From positions 1,544 through 65,543 of the forward strand of contig CALWUI010000003.1 of NCBI GenBank assembly GCA_944384705.1: a stretch of DNA of 64,000 nucleotides, given 5' to 3'. Source of the stretch: an uncultured Clostridia bacterium (GTDB taxonomy: Bacteria > Bacillota > Clostridia > Oscillospirales > Acutalibacteraceae). The notes beneath the pieces were generated by a model. That model was given only the letters and a program-made list of their open reading frames with translations, had not been told where the DNA came from and searched no databases. Positions within the stretch are counted from its first letter, which is position 1. Every line of letters begins with the position of its first letter. The translations under genes and the position numbers were made by a program. This document shows positions 46,921 through 56,523 of the stretch, in pieces.

Positions 46921-47004
46921 GGTGGGAGATGGTGGATTCGAACCACCGAAGTCATAGACAACAGATTTACAGTCTGCCCCATTTGGCCGCTCTGGAAATC
47001 TCCC
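46920..47004 (-). tRNA. tRNA-Tyr (GUA)
   Basis: Reverse complement GGGAGAUUUCCAGAGCGGCCAAAUGGGGCAGACUGUAAAUCUGUUGUCUAUGACUUCGGUGGUUCGAAUCCACCAUCUCCCACCA. Long variable arm, anticodon loop CUGUAAA, encoded CCA. Confidence 0.92.
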
Positions 47005-47124
47005 TTAAAAATATTTAATTTGAAATTTATATCAAACATAATATTTACTTACTAAACATTTACTCACGTAAAAAATAAAAAATTTGGAATAAATTAATAT
47101 CGAAAATGAATTAAAAAATTACCG

Positions 47125-47200
47125 TGGAGCTGGTGGACGGACTTGAACCCCCGACCTGCTGATTACAAATCAGCTGCTCTACCAACTGAGCTACACCAGC
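47125..47200 (-). tRNA. tRNA-Thr (UGU)
   Basis: Reverse complement GCUGGUGUAGCUCAGUUGGUAGAGCAGCUGAUUUGUAAUCAGCAGGUCGGGGGUUCAAGUCCGUCCACCAGCUCCA. Anticodon loop UUUGUAA, encoded CCA. Confidence 0.92.
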
Positions 47201-47225
47201 GTAAGAGCCTTTACAGTTAATTATT

Positions 47226-47254
47226 AATATACCATGATAATAATAAATTGTCAA
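47226..47254 (-). promoter_or_regulatory. sigma-A promoter for the tRNA-Thr/tRNA-Tyr unit
   Basis: On the minus strand: TTGACA (47254-47249), 17-nt spacer, TATATT (47231-47226). Confidence 0.6.
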
Positions 47255-47356
47255 TGAATTTTTAATTTAATTTAAATTTTTTGCGCGTCAATCACCAATC
47301 GACTAAAATTTTCATAGATAATAATAGGAAGAAAATTAAGATGGAGTGAACATGCT

Positions 47357-48340
47357 ATGCCATATAAAGGAATAGATGTAAGTTTTTATCAAGGAGATAT
47401 AGATTGGGCACAGGTAGAAACAGCCGGAATTGAATTTGCGATGATTAGAGCTTCTTATGGAAGTGAGGGGATAGATTCAAAGTTCGTTGAAAATATTAAT
47501 AATATCTCAAGAACATCCATAGCAAGAGGTGCTTATCATTATTGCTATGCATTGTCAAAAGAAGAAGCAGTAGACGAAGCGAATCATTTTTTAAATACAG
47601 TTAAACCTTATAAATTTAATTATCCTCTTGCTTTAGATTTTGAATATGAGCCACTTTTATCTTTAAGTAAAAAAGATTTAAGTGAAATAGCTTTAGCCTT
47701 TTGTAACACTATAGAAAAAGCTGGATATTATATGATCATATATTCGAACCTGAATTGGCTGGTTAATTATCTTGATATGGATATTTTAAATAGATTTGAT
47801 ATATGGTTGGCACAATGGGGTCCAAAACCTACTTTTAGTGGAGACTTTGGTATGTGGCAATATTCCTCAACAGGAATGATTGATGGAATTAGCGGCAACG
47901 TCGATTTAGATATTTCTTATAGAGACTATCCTACAATAATCGAAGAAAATAAATTAAATGGACAAAGTACTTCAGAAGCGGTGCCAGGGGATTCTGAACC
48001 TGCAACTCAGAAATCTTTTGATTATACAGTTATAGAAGGGGATAATCTGTGGACTCTAGCACAAAGATTTTTAGGTTCTGGTTCAAAATATCCAGAAATA
48101 GTCTCATTAAATAATTTAAGTTCAGATACTATTTATCCCGGACAAACATTAAAGATTCCAACTTCAAGTTCACCTAATTTACCAAAATACAAAACTTATA
48201 CAGTAGAAGATGGAGACAATTTGTGGAATATTGCACAAAGATTTTTAGGCTCTGGCTCAAAATATCCAGAAATAGCCTCATTAAATAATTTAAACTCAGA
48301 TATTATTTATCCTGGCCAGATATTAAAGATTCCAGATTAA
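47357..48340 (+). CDS. GH25 muramidase (lysozyme) with two C-terminal LysM domains and no signal peptide
   Basis: GH25 N-terminus (KGIDVSFYQGDIDWAQV...FAMIRASYG) and DxE-type region (LDFEYE). Two LysM repeats. Confidence 0.85.
   Translation: MPYKGIDVSFYQGDIDWAQVETAGIEFAMIRASYGSEGIDSKFVENINNISRTSIARGAYHYCYALSKEEAVDEANHFLNTVKPYKFNYPLALDFEYEPLLSLSKKDLSEIALAFCNTIEKAGYYMIIYSNLNWLVNYLDMDILNRFDIWLAQWGPKPTFSGDFGMWQYSSTGMIDGISGNVDLDISYRDYPTIIEENKLNGQSTSEAVPGDSEPATQKSFDYTVIEGDNLWTLAQRFLGSGSKYPEIVSLNNLSSDTIYPGQTLKIPTSSSPNLPKYKTYTVEDGDNLWNIAQRFLGSGSKYPEIASLNNLNSDIIYPGQILKIPD
48023..48334 (+). repeat. near-identical direct duplication encoding the two LysM modules (48023-48160 and 48197-48334)
   Basis: The two 138-bp copies are offset by 174 bp with high nucleotide identity (..AAAGATTTTTAGG.TCTGG.TCAAAATATCCAGAAATAG.CTCATTAAATAATTTAA..). 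Confidence 0.8.
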
Positions 48341-48348
48341 CATAAAAA

Positions 48349-49740
48349 TTAACCGACAATTATTTTACTAGAAGGTAAAACTTTTGTAGAGTTTTTATCT
48401 TTCGTTAATGATACTGAAAAAATAAATGAGATCGGACCAACTCTTCCAATAAACATCGTTAAAATAATAAGTATTTTCGATAAATTAGATAACATACTCG
48501 TAATGCCAGTAGTTAAACCTACTGTAGCAAAAGCAGACACAGTTTCAAAAACTATATCAAGAACAGTAATATCCTTCGTGGCTTCTGTTATTGCAATTAT
48601 TGCAGTAACAATTGAGATTAAAAAGAAAGCTAAAATTGTTAGTGCAAAAGATTTATAAACTGTAAATTTTTCTACTTTATGTTTAAATAGCACTGTATCA
48701 TCATAACCTTTAATAACGCTACGCAATGTTGCCAAAATCACAACAAATGTTGTAGTTTTGATGCCTCCACCAGTGGATGCAGGAGAGGCTCCAATAAACA
48801 TAAGTACAATAGTAAGCAACTTAGTTAAAGCTTTTTCCTCGCCTATAGGAACAGAGAAAAATCCTGCTGTTCTTGCTACGGTAGACTGAAAGAAAGATAT
48901 ATTTAATTTTTCAAAAAAGCTAAATCTGAGTAAAGTTCTGTCATATTCAAAAAACATAAACAATATGGTTCCAACTGCCAACAAAGTCAATGTCATTATA
49001 ATAACGATAAACGAGTGTAGATTTAATTTAGGATGCGACTTGTGATCTTCTATTTTTCGAGTAATGCAAGAATAAATATCGCTTATAACAACAAAGCCGA
49101 TGCCACCAAGAATAACCAAAAAAGAAATAGTCAAAGATACCAGTGCATCTGTAGCATAGCCAATAAAGCTTGCTCCAGGATTAACAATGCCCATAATATC
49201 AAAACCTGCATTGCAATAAGCCGAAACAGCAGTAAAAATAGATATCCAAGATCCACTTTTGAGCCCAAATTGTGGAACAAACCTGAAAGCCAATATTAAT
49301 GCACCTAAAAGTTCGCATCCAAGCGACCAAACTAAAATAGTTTTTATCAATCTAGGTAAATTAAGCACACTTCCACTTGTATATTCTTTTGCGATTTGCA
49401 TATCTCTAAGACCTAATTTTTTATGAAAAAATAAAGTAAATCCTGTTGCAAACGTAATAATTCCAAGACCACCAAACTGAATTAGCAGCAATATTACAAT
49501 TTGGCCAAAAGTTGACCATTGAGTATAAGTATCAAAAGGAGTAAGCCCGGTAATACAGGCTGCAGATGTGGCTGTAAATAAAGCGTCTATAAAATTGACA
49601 GGAAGCATATTTTTAGAGGCAAATGGCAAGTGCAAAAGAGATGCACCTAAAATAATTATAGAAAAAAAACTAGATACAATTAGTCTAACAGGAGACAAAT
49701 CCTTTAGTGTTTTAGACGTTTTTTTCACAGATTCGTTCAA
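48349..49740 (-). CDS. TrkH/KtrB family potassium transporter
   Basis: 463 aa. Four MPM repeats with selectivity-filter-like glycines (TAACITGLT, NAGFD, TAGF, TVGLTTG). Confidence 0.88.
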   Translation of the reverse strand: MNESVKKTSKTLKDLSPVRLIVSSFFSIIILGASLLHLPFASKNMLPVNFIDALFTATSAACITGLTPFDTYTQWSTFGQIVILLLIQFGGLGIITFATGFTLFFHKKLGLRDMQIAKEYTSGSVLNLPRLIKTILVWSLGCELLGALILAFRFVPQFGLKSGSWISIFTAVSAYCNAGFDIMGIVNPGASFIGYATDALVSLTISFLVILGGIGFVVISDIYSCITRKIEDHKSHPKLNLHSFIVIIMTLTLLAVGTILFMFFEYDRTLLRFSFFEKLNISFFQSTVARTAGFFSVPIGEEKALTKLLTIVLMFIGASPASTGGGIKTTTFVVILATLRSVIKGYDDTVLFKHKVEKFTVYKSFALTILAFFLISIVTAIIAITEATKDITVLDIVFETVSAFATVGLTTGITSMLSNLSKILIILTMFIGRVGPISFIFSVSLTKDKNSTKVLPSSKIIVG

Positions 49741-49780
49741 TTCAAAATTCCTCCCAAATTAATTATTTCTTTATATTATT

Positions 49781-50296
49781 TTATTCTTTAAATATTTTTA
49801 ATTTTTTTATAATAAAAAATAATGGGATTCCTAATCCGTAACAAACAGCAAACTGACCTGCGCCAACGCTTAATGCAAATATAATAAAATAATAAAAGCT
49901 AAATCCTTTTGGCAACAAAAACGATAGCATAGCTCCCACAAAAATAGCTCCAACAATTACCGGAGGAAGAGGAGCCAGTATAGGAATTTTTTTTAAAGTT
50001 ATAAAGGCCAACTTTCTTGTTAAAACAGCAGAGAGAAACGTAGAAAGGGTCCCAAAAACTATATCAATTATACCCAAAGGACTAGCAAAGTTTGAAATAA
50101 AACAACCCAAAGTTAATCCTGTTATTGCATAAGGAGAAAACACAGGCAAAATCGTCAAAGCTTCAGATATTCTAAACTGCACACCATAATAAGACAAACC
50201 AAAAAGACCTGAGATAGCTGTTAAAACCACATAAATCGCCGCGATAACAGATGGCATAACAATTTTTTCAACGAGTGTATTTCGGCATTTAAACAC
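49781..50296 (-). CDS. queT: queuosine-precursor transporter QueT
   Basis: 171 aa. Characteristic VQFRISEALTILP motif and IDIVFGTLSTFLSA. GTG start 6 nt after GGAGA. Confidence 0.8.
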   Translation of the reverse strand: MFKCRNTLVEKIVMPSVIAAIYVVLTAISGLFGLSYYGVQFRISEALTILPVFSPYAITGLTLGCFISNFASPLGIIDIVFGTLSTFLSAVLTRKLAFITLKKIPILAPLPPVIVGAIFVGAMLSFLLPKGFSFYYFIIFALSVGAGQFAVCYGLGIPLFFIIKKLKIFKE

Positions 50297-50337
50297 AATC
50301 TTTCTCCTATATTTTAATACAGCAAAGTTTTTTACTT

Positions 50338-51282
50338 TTATTTTATAAATTCTTTTAACAAAGAAGTCTTAGGAATCAATTTTTCACTTATATATTCAAA
50401 CATACACAATTTTTTGTTTAATTTTTGAACAGATTCATATAAATCAAAATTTTCATTGATAGAGCTGCATAAATTAATCATTTGTTGAGCCATAACACAT
50501 AGTTCATAAGCGTGAAATGAATTTATCGAAACATCACTTTCGGCCTGTAGTGGTTTTATATAAAGATTTTCTCCTCTGCAAACATTGTTCCACATTAAAA
50601 TGGTTCGCTCGGCCGAAGTTGCTCTAAAATAAAAATCTCTTAAAACACGCCTAGTTAGTCTTATTGATTTAGCTGAAATTGTTTTATTTTCACTTAAAAC
50701 CACATCATTTTCTACACTTACATAAATTTTAAATATACTATCAAGCGGCAACCCATCTGTAATTATAGGATTAAGAGCATGCAGCCCTTCTATTATTATC
50801 ATTCCGTTTTCTGGCAGATTTATCTGCCTTCTCTTGCCAGATGGTGCCATTATAGAAAAGTCATATATAGGCATGTCGCAAAAGCCTTTATATACGATAT
50901 CGCTTATACATTTTTTTATTTGCTCTATGTCAAGCCCATTTATAGATTCAAAGTCCTTGGCTCCATTTTTTAATAACGGTAATCTTGCGATACCAACATA
51001 AAAATCATCCAACGAAATTATAGTACTCCAAATATCGCGACGCATTAATTCATCTTTTAACATATTTGCGGTTGTTGTTTTTCCGCTAGATGATGGTCCA
51101 GATATCATCAATATTTTGCATTTTGGAAGTTTTTTTTCAATATAATCCACTGTTTCTTCTATTTGCCTAGCAAAAGCCTTTTCTATGTAATCCACAAAGT
51201 CTTTTGGACATGTTTTTGCGTTATGATTTATTTTTTCTAAAGTCCAATGTTCCTTTTCAAAATAATTCTCAAAAATTGTCAT
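50338..51282 (-). CDS. uridine kinase-family nucleoside kinase-like protein
   Basis: P-loop ISGPSSSGKTTT and IIIEGLHALNP, as in the PRK/Udk family. Start at the ATG at 51282 (MTIFENY). Confidence 0.7.
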   Translation of the reverse strand: MTIFENYFEKEHWTLEKINHNAKTCPKDFVDYIEKAFARQIEETVDYIEKKLPKCKILMISGPSSSGKTTTANMLKDELMRRDIWSTIISLDDFYVGIARLPLLKNGAKDFESINGLDIEQIKKCISDIVYKGFCDMPIYDFSIMAPSGKRRQINLPENGMIIIEGLHALNPIITDGLPLDSIFKIYVSVENDVVLSENKTISAKSIRLTRRVLRDFYFRATSAERTILMWNNVCRGENLYIKPLQAESDVSINSFHAYELCVMAQQMINLCSSINENFDLYESVQKLNKKLCMFEYISEKLIPKTSLLKEFIK

Positions 51283-51352
51283 AAAAAAACAACACCTCAT
51301 CGTTTTAGTTTATGTCTGTTATAAAAAAAAGTTCTTAACTTAAAAAATATAT

Positions 51353-51967
51353 TTATATATTTTTAAGATACAAATTTTTTTCTTCTTGCAATGTTGTAGG
51401 ATCACCGTGCCCAGGATATATTATATAATTTTTTGATAGGCCTAAAATTTTCTTTATAGATTCTCTCATCTGATTAAAATCTCCAGTTTCAAGATCATAT
51501 CTACCAATACTTCCATTCATAATTGTATCTCCAGAAAACAAAAAATCTTCAGTAATAAAGCAGACTCCACCAACTGTATGACCTGGAGTATACATGACTT
51601 TTATTTTGGTTTCTCCCAAGCTAATAATATCATTATCATTCAATAATACATCAGCCTCAAAGGGAGGCATAGGTATCCGACAAAGATTTAACTTTTTATT
51701 TTTTGTAAATTCAGCCTCATTAACGCCTATCATTAATTTGGCTCCAGTTAATTTTTTATATCTTGTAGCTTTTCTTATATGATCAAAATGGCCATGGGTC
51801 ATTAAAATATAATTGACATTTTCTTCACCCAACGAATATATTTTCTTATCCAACTCAGCAGAAATTCCACCAGGATCTATAATAGCCGCCTTTTGAGTTT
51901 TTTTATCGATTATCAAATAGCAATTTGTCTCTAAAGGACCAACTTTAAAATTTTCTACAATCAACAT
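51353..51967 (-). CDS. MBL-fold metallo-hydrolase
   Basis: THGHFDH zinc motif plus downstream His/Asp ligands (TPGHT, SGDT, PGHG). Confidence 0.85.
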   Translation of the reverse strand: MLIVENFKVGPLETNCYLIIDKKTQKAAIIDPGGISAELDKKIYSLGEENVNYILMTHGHFDHIRKATRYKKLTGAKLMIGVNEAEFTKNKKLNLCRIPMPPFEADVLLNDNDIISLGETKIKVMYTPGHTVGGVCFITEDFLFSGDTIMNGSIGRYDLETGDFNQMRESIKKILGLSKNYIIYPGHGDPTTLQEEKNLYLKNI

Positions 51968-51985
51968 ACAGAATCCCTCATTTTA

Positions 51986-54172
51986 CTAAGCCCGTTCAAC
52001 AGATATAACTCCATTTATTTTTGATATTTTATTTATAACGGACTTTAAATGTTCCATATTTTTTATAAGAACCGACATATAAATTTGAGCCATACCATCA
52101 TTAGATTTATTAAGTGTAAAAGATCGAATTTCTACATGCATATAAGAAATCTGCATATTTATCTCAGCAATTATATTAGGCTTGTCTGTAGTTAATATTT
52201 TTACATCAGAATTAAATTCTTCTTTAACGTTGTTAGCCCAACGAGCATTTACCCAACGATTAGGTTCTGCAGAATTTTTTATATCTCGTGGAACATTTAT
52301 GCAATTCCTTTTATGCAAAGACACCCCATAACCTCTAGTAATAAATCCGATAATTTCATCTCCAGGAATAGGGTTGCAACACTTAGAGAATTTTACAAGA
52401 CAATTTTCTACTCCGTCAATAACTACACCTTTAGTTTTTACTTTGTTTTCAAAAATAAAGTCTTTTTTTATTGTTTTAACAGGATTAATAATTTCATTAT
52501 TTTTAAATTTATTATACTCATCCTTAATTTTAGGCATTACACGGCTAAGTATTATTCCACCGTAACCGATTGTTTCATAAAATTTATCAACAGTTTCGCA
52601 GCGATGCATTTTAGAAATAGAAGTCAAAAATTGCTTTAAATTGTTTTCATCAAGTCTAATTCCCACTCTGTAAAATTCTCGCTCTACCTCGGCTTTGCCT
52701 TGAACAATATTTTCTTCACGTCGCTCTCGTTTAAACCATTGCCGGATTTTACTCCTAGCCTCACTAGTCTTTACAATCTTTAACCAATCTCGGCTTGGCC
52801 CTCTGTTATGGTCTTTAGTGGTAAGAATCTCAATAATTTGGCCAGTTCTAACCTTATAATCTATAGGAACAATTCTCTTATCTACTTTTGCACCTACCAT
52901 ATGATTCCCGACTTCTGTATGAATTGCATAAGCAAAATCTATGACAGTAGCACCAGCCGGTAAATTTATTACATCGCCTTTTGGAGTTAGAACAAAAACT
53001 TCTTCTGGCACCAAATCAGATTTTATCATTCTAACGATGTCTCCGGCATCGCCGTTTTCGTTTTGATTTGCAAGCATATTTCTAATCCAGGCTAAACTAT
53101 CATCAAGAGAATCTTTTTTATTCTTTAACCCCAACTTATACTTCCAATGAGCGGCGACTCCATACTCTGCCATATAGTGCATTTTCCAAGTTCGTATCTG
53201 TACTTCAAAAGGGATTCCCTCTTTGCCAATAACCGTGGTGTGCAAAGACTGATACATGTTTGGTTTTGGTGTAGAGATATAGTCTTTAAATCGGTTTGGA
53301 ATAGGTCTAAAAGCTTCATGAATAAGACCTAATATATTATAGCAATCATTAACCGTATTAACAATGATTCTAACAGCATAAACGTCATAAATTTCTTCCA
53401 TCAAATGATTTTTTATAAACATTTTTCTATATATTCCGTTTATACTTTTTACTCTTCCTTCAATGTATAGATCAGGAACAAAAGGCATAACTTTTTGTTC
53501 TATTCTTTTTTTAATAATAGCCAAAAGATGTTCTCGATCTTCTTTTCCTAATTCAAGTTCATTTTCTATTTCTTCATAAGCCACAGGGTCGAGATATTTT
53601 AAGGATAGATCTTCAAGCTCTTCTTTTATCATCCGAATACCCAGTCTATGTGCAATTGGAGCGTAGACTTCCATATTTTCTCGTGCCTTGTCTCGTCTTT
53701 TTTGAGGATCCATACAATCTATTGTGCGCATGTTGTGCAGCCTATCTGCGAGTTTTATAATTATAACTCGAATATCTTCCGACATAGCAATTAACATTTT
53801 TCTGATATTTTCTGACTGTTCTTCTTCTTGTGACGAAAAAGGTATCTTTCCAAGTTTAGTAACACCATCCACGAGGTTAGCGATTTCTTTTCCAAAATTT
53901 TTTTCTATATCAAAAATACTATAAGAAGTATCTTCAACAACATCATGCAACAAAGCTGCAACTATTGACTGAGTATCCATCCCGAGTTCTACCAATATGC
54001 AAGCAACAGAGGTAGGATGCAAAATATAGGGGATTCCGGATATGCGTCGTTGAGAATTATGTGCATTAATTGCAAAATTATAAGCCTTATCTATCAGATC
54101 TAAGTCAAAATTTTTATTACAAGCGGCTATGTCTTTTTTTAATTGTTCATAATCTTTATAAAAAGCTTTCAT
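51986..54172 (-). CDS. relA: bifunctional (p)ppGpp synthetase/hydrolase (RelA/SpoT homolog)
   Basis: HD hydrolase domain (HPTSVA..LLHDVVEDT), synthetase domain (YQSLHTTV), TGS and ACT domains. Confidence 0.95.
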   Translation of the reverse strand: MKAFYKDYEQLKKDIAACNKNFDLDLIDKAYNFAINAHNSQRRISGIPYILHPTSVACILVELGMDTQSIVAALLHDVVEDTSYSIFDIEKNFGKEIANLVDGVTKLGKIPFSSQEEEQSENIRKMLIAMSEDIRVIIIKLADRLHNMRTIDCMDPQKRRDKARENMEVYAPIAHRLGIRMIKEELEDLSLKYLDPVAYEEIENELELGKEDREHLLAIIKKRIEQKVMPFVPDLYIEGRVKSINGIYRKMFIKNHLMEEIYDVYAVRIIVNTVNDCYNILGLIHEAFRPIPNRFKDYISTPKPNMYQSLHTTVIGKEGIPFEVQIRTWKMHYMAEYGVAAHWKYKLGLKNKKDSLDDSLAWIRNMLANQNENGDAGDIVRMIKSDLVPEEVFVLTPKGDVINLPAGATVIDFAYAIHTEVGNHMVGAKVDKRIVPIDYKVRTGQIIEILTTKDHNRGPSRDWLKIVKTSEARSKIRQWFKRERREENIVQGKAEVEREFYRVGIRLDENNLKQFLTSISKMHRCETVDKFYETIGYGGIILSRVMPKIKDEYNKFKNNEIINPVKTIKKDFIFENKVKTKGVVIDGVENCLVKFSKCCNPIPGDEIIGFITRGYGVSLHKRNCINVPRDIKNSAEPNRWVNARWANNVKEEFNSDVKILTTDKPNIIAEINMQISYMHVEIRSFTLNKSNDGMAQIYMSVLIKNMEHLKSVINKISKINGVISVERA

Positions 54173-56232
54173 TGCCGATCGTCCTTTTTCATTAAAAATT
54201 TCATAACCTCAGAAGACTTAAGATTTACCTTGTTATCAACTTTATTTATATCTATTGAGTAAATATCACCGTTGATTTTTACAGATATAAGTTTGCAATC
54301 TGACATTGCATCTAGCATAACAAGCAACTTACAAAAACTAATATTAAAACTTTTCACCTTATAATAAAGCACAGAAATATCAATGCTAAGAGAATTTTTT
54401 GCTTTTAAAAATTTATATAAAAGAGAAAAATCATTTCGATTTGGAATATGCTTTTTTAAAATACCTAAATCAACAAATTCTTTTCTTTTTATTGCTTCGT
54501 AAATCCTATTCTCATTAAGTAAAACCTCATTATCAACACAAGAAAATTTAATATCCTCAATTATTAAATTCAAGTTTTCTTGACCTTTATACTCAGACTT
54601 TGAGATTTTAACGGCTAAATCGACAACATTATTTAACTCATATGAGAATTCCTTTTCAGTTGTAAAAAATTTCATAGCAGAAACTCTACAGTTATTTCGC
54701 ATTAATGTTAGTCTAAGGTGATTTTTTTCTGAACCAACAAATTGAATGCCACAAATAGTCATTTTACATAAACCAAAAACAAATTCCTGGTTATCTTTTC
54801 CAAATGGCTGCAATGGCTCCAATTGATTAATCAAATCAATGCTGAGCACATCCGGATTTAGTTTGCAATCTATATCTAAATTTAAATAAGGCATCTCTCC
54901 CAAATTTCTTGCAAAAGAATTAATATCATCTTTAAATCTGTTTAGATCATCGTAGTTTAATTCAAATCCTGCAGCTAAAGGGTGCCCACCAAATCTTATC
55001 AAATAAACAGAACAAGCTCTTATTGCATCATATATAGAAAACCCTTCAATACCCCTGCATGAGCCTCTTGCTCGATCTCCCATAATAGAAATTACAATTA
55101 CGGGCTTACCGTATTTTTCTAAAAGTCTTGAAGCAACAATTCCTATAACTCCAGGATGCCAATCTTTGCCTTCAACAATTAAAACTCGTTGATAAATTCG
55201 GTTGGGTTCATTTTTTAAAAGTTCTTCTGCTTGCACTAGAATATTATTTTCTATTTCTTTGCGTTTTATATTATCGTTTTCTACCTGAGATGCAATAGCT
55301 TGAATTTCTTCATAATTTTCAGAAGTCAAAAGCTCAACTAGTTTATTAGAAAAGCTCAATCGTCCCGAAGCATTTATTCTTGGAACAATGCTAAAAGCAA
55401 CATTTATTGAATCTATCGGTTTATCTTCTAATTTAGCCATTTTTAAAATCTCTTTAATGCCTAAATTATTTGTATTTTTTAAATATTCTAATCCTTTTTT
55501 TATTAAAAATCTATTTTCGCCAGTTAATGGAACAACATCACCTATGGTGCCGATTAAAATTAAATCTGCATAGTTTTCTAAAATAAAGTCAATATCAACA
55601 TCATTGCCCTCAAGTGCACAGATTAGTTTAAAAACCACACCGACTCCGGCAAGATTTTTAAAAGCACTCATGCAATCAGTTCTATGCGGATCAACAACAG
55701 CAACTGCTTCAGGTAAGCGCTCTGGAGGTTGATGATGGTCTGTGATAATAGTATCAATTCCCAGAGAATTTGCATATTCAACTTCATTAAATGCAGAAAT
55801 TCCATTATCTACAGTAACTATTAAAGATACATTCTCGTTATTAAGTTTATCAATGGCAGAAATATTTAAACCATAACCTTCGCTATTTCTGTCTGGAATA
55901 TAATATGTAACATTTGCACCGCAGTTTTCGAGGTAAAGATAAAGTAACGCAGTAGAAGTTACTCCATCGGCATCGTAATCTCCATAAACACAAATTTTTC
56001 CAAAATTATCAATAGCCAACTTAATCCTGTCAACAGCTTTTTTCATATCGATAAAACTGAATGGATCTGAAATTTCGATTTGGTCCGATAAAAGTTCTTG
56101 TATTTTTATATTATCCACAATATTCCTTACATCCAGCATCATTGCAAGAAAAAATGGGATTTTATTTTCATAAGCTATTTTTTGTGCATTAATCTTGTTC
56201 AACTGAGAAAATCTCCAATTTTTCAGTTTCAA
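54169..56232 (-). CDS. recJ: single-stranded-DNA-specific exonuclease RecJ
   Basis: DHH motifs (VYGDYDADGVTS, VDNGI, ITDHH) and DHHA1 (GGHPLAAG). The 4-nt overlap with relA suggests an operon. Confidence 0.92.
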   Translation of the reverse strand: MKLKNWRFSQLNKINAQKIAYENKIPFFLAMMLDVRNIVDNIKIQELLSDQIEISDPFSFIDMKKAVDRIKLAIDNFGKICVYGDYDADGVTSTALLYLYLENCGANVTYYIPDRNSEGYGLNISAIDKLNNENVSLIVTVDNGISAFNEVEYANSLGIDTIITDHHQPPERLPEAVAVVDPHRTDCMSAFKNLAGVGVVFKLICALEGNDVDIDFILENYADLILIGTIGDVVPLTGENRFLIKKGLEYLKNTNNLGIKEILKMAKLEDKPIDSINVAFSIVPRINASGRLSFSNKLVELLTSENYEEIQAIASQVENDNIKRKEIENNILVQAEELLKNEPNRIYQRVLIVEGKDWHPGVIGIVASRLLEKYGKPVIVISIMGDRARGSCRGIEGFSIYDAIRACSVYLIRFGGHPLAAGFELNYDDLNRFKDDINSFARNLGEMPYLNLDIDCKLNPDVLSIDLINQLEPLQPFGKDNQEFVFGLCKMTICGIQFVGSEKNHLRLTLMRNNCRVSAMKFFTTEKEFSYELNNVVDLAVKISKSEYKGQENLNLIIEDIKFSCVDNEVLLNENRIYEAIKRKEFVDLGILKKHIPNRNDFSLLYKFLKAKNSLSIDISVLYYKVKSFNISFCKLLVMLDAMSDCKLISVKINGDIYSIDINKVDNKVNLKSSEVMKFLMKKDDRQ

Positions 56233-56523
56233 CTTAAGCCCTCACTTCACTTAAAATACATTTAATTTTATCATTTTATATAAATTTTTTCAAGATTTAG
56301 TAATATGCAAATTAAAAGAAAAATCAGTAATGATATTTTTTCTATTAATAGTAATTTAGGATTTGACTTAATAAAAGAAATATGGTATATTTCTTTAAAA
56401 TATATTGTAATAATAAATATAAAAAGCTATAATTGCATATTCGATGATATTTCTTATAATTTATTTTTAGATATGTTTTAATTTGAGTTAATAATAAATA
56501 AAATAATCTGGGAGGCCAACAAA

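Noticed and set aside
46816-48348. Possible prophage or integrative-element remnant at the tRNA-Thr/tRNA-Tyr locus, because of the endolysin-like GH25 gene.
   Set aside because: No integrase, holin, structural or repressor genes were found. I could not find direct repeats matching a tRNA 3' end. The lysozyme gene lies on the promoter side of the tRNAs, not at their 3' ends.
50297-50337. Looked for a preQ1 riboswitch upstream of queT.
   Set aside because: Only 41 nt separate queT from the upstream kinase-like gene. The minus-strand sequence (..AAAAAACUUUGCUGUAUUAAAAUAUAGGAGAAAG..) lacks the C-rich P1 hairpin plus A-rich tail of preQ1-I. queT is probably just co-transcribed.
56233-56523. The 290-nt AT-rich spacer upstream of the SstT-like transporter gene was inspected for a riboswitch, T-box or small ORF.
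   Set aside because: It contains only AT-rich promoter-like hexamers (TTGACT-17-TATATT, TTGCAT-16-TATAAT) and a weak 9-bp AT hairpin. There are no conserved riboswitch cores and no GC-supported helices.
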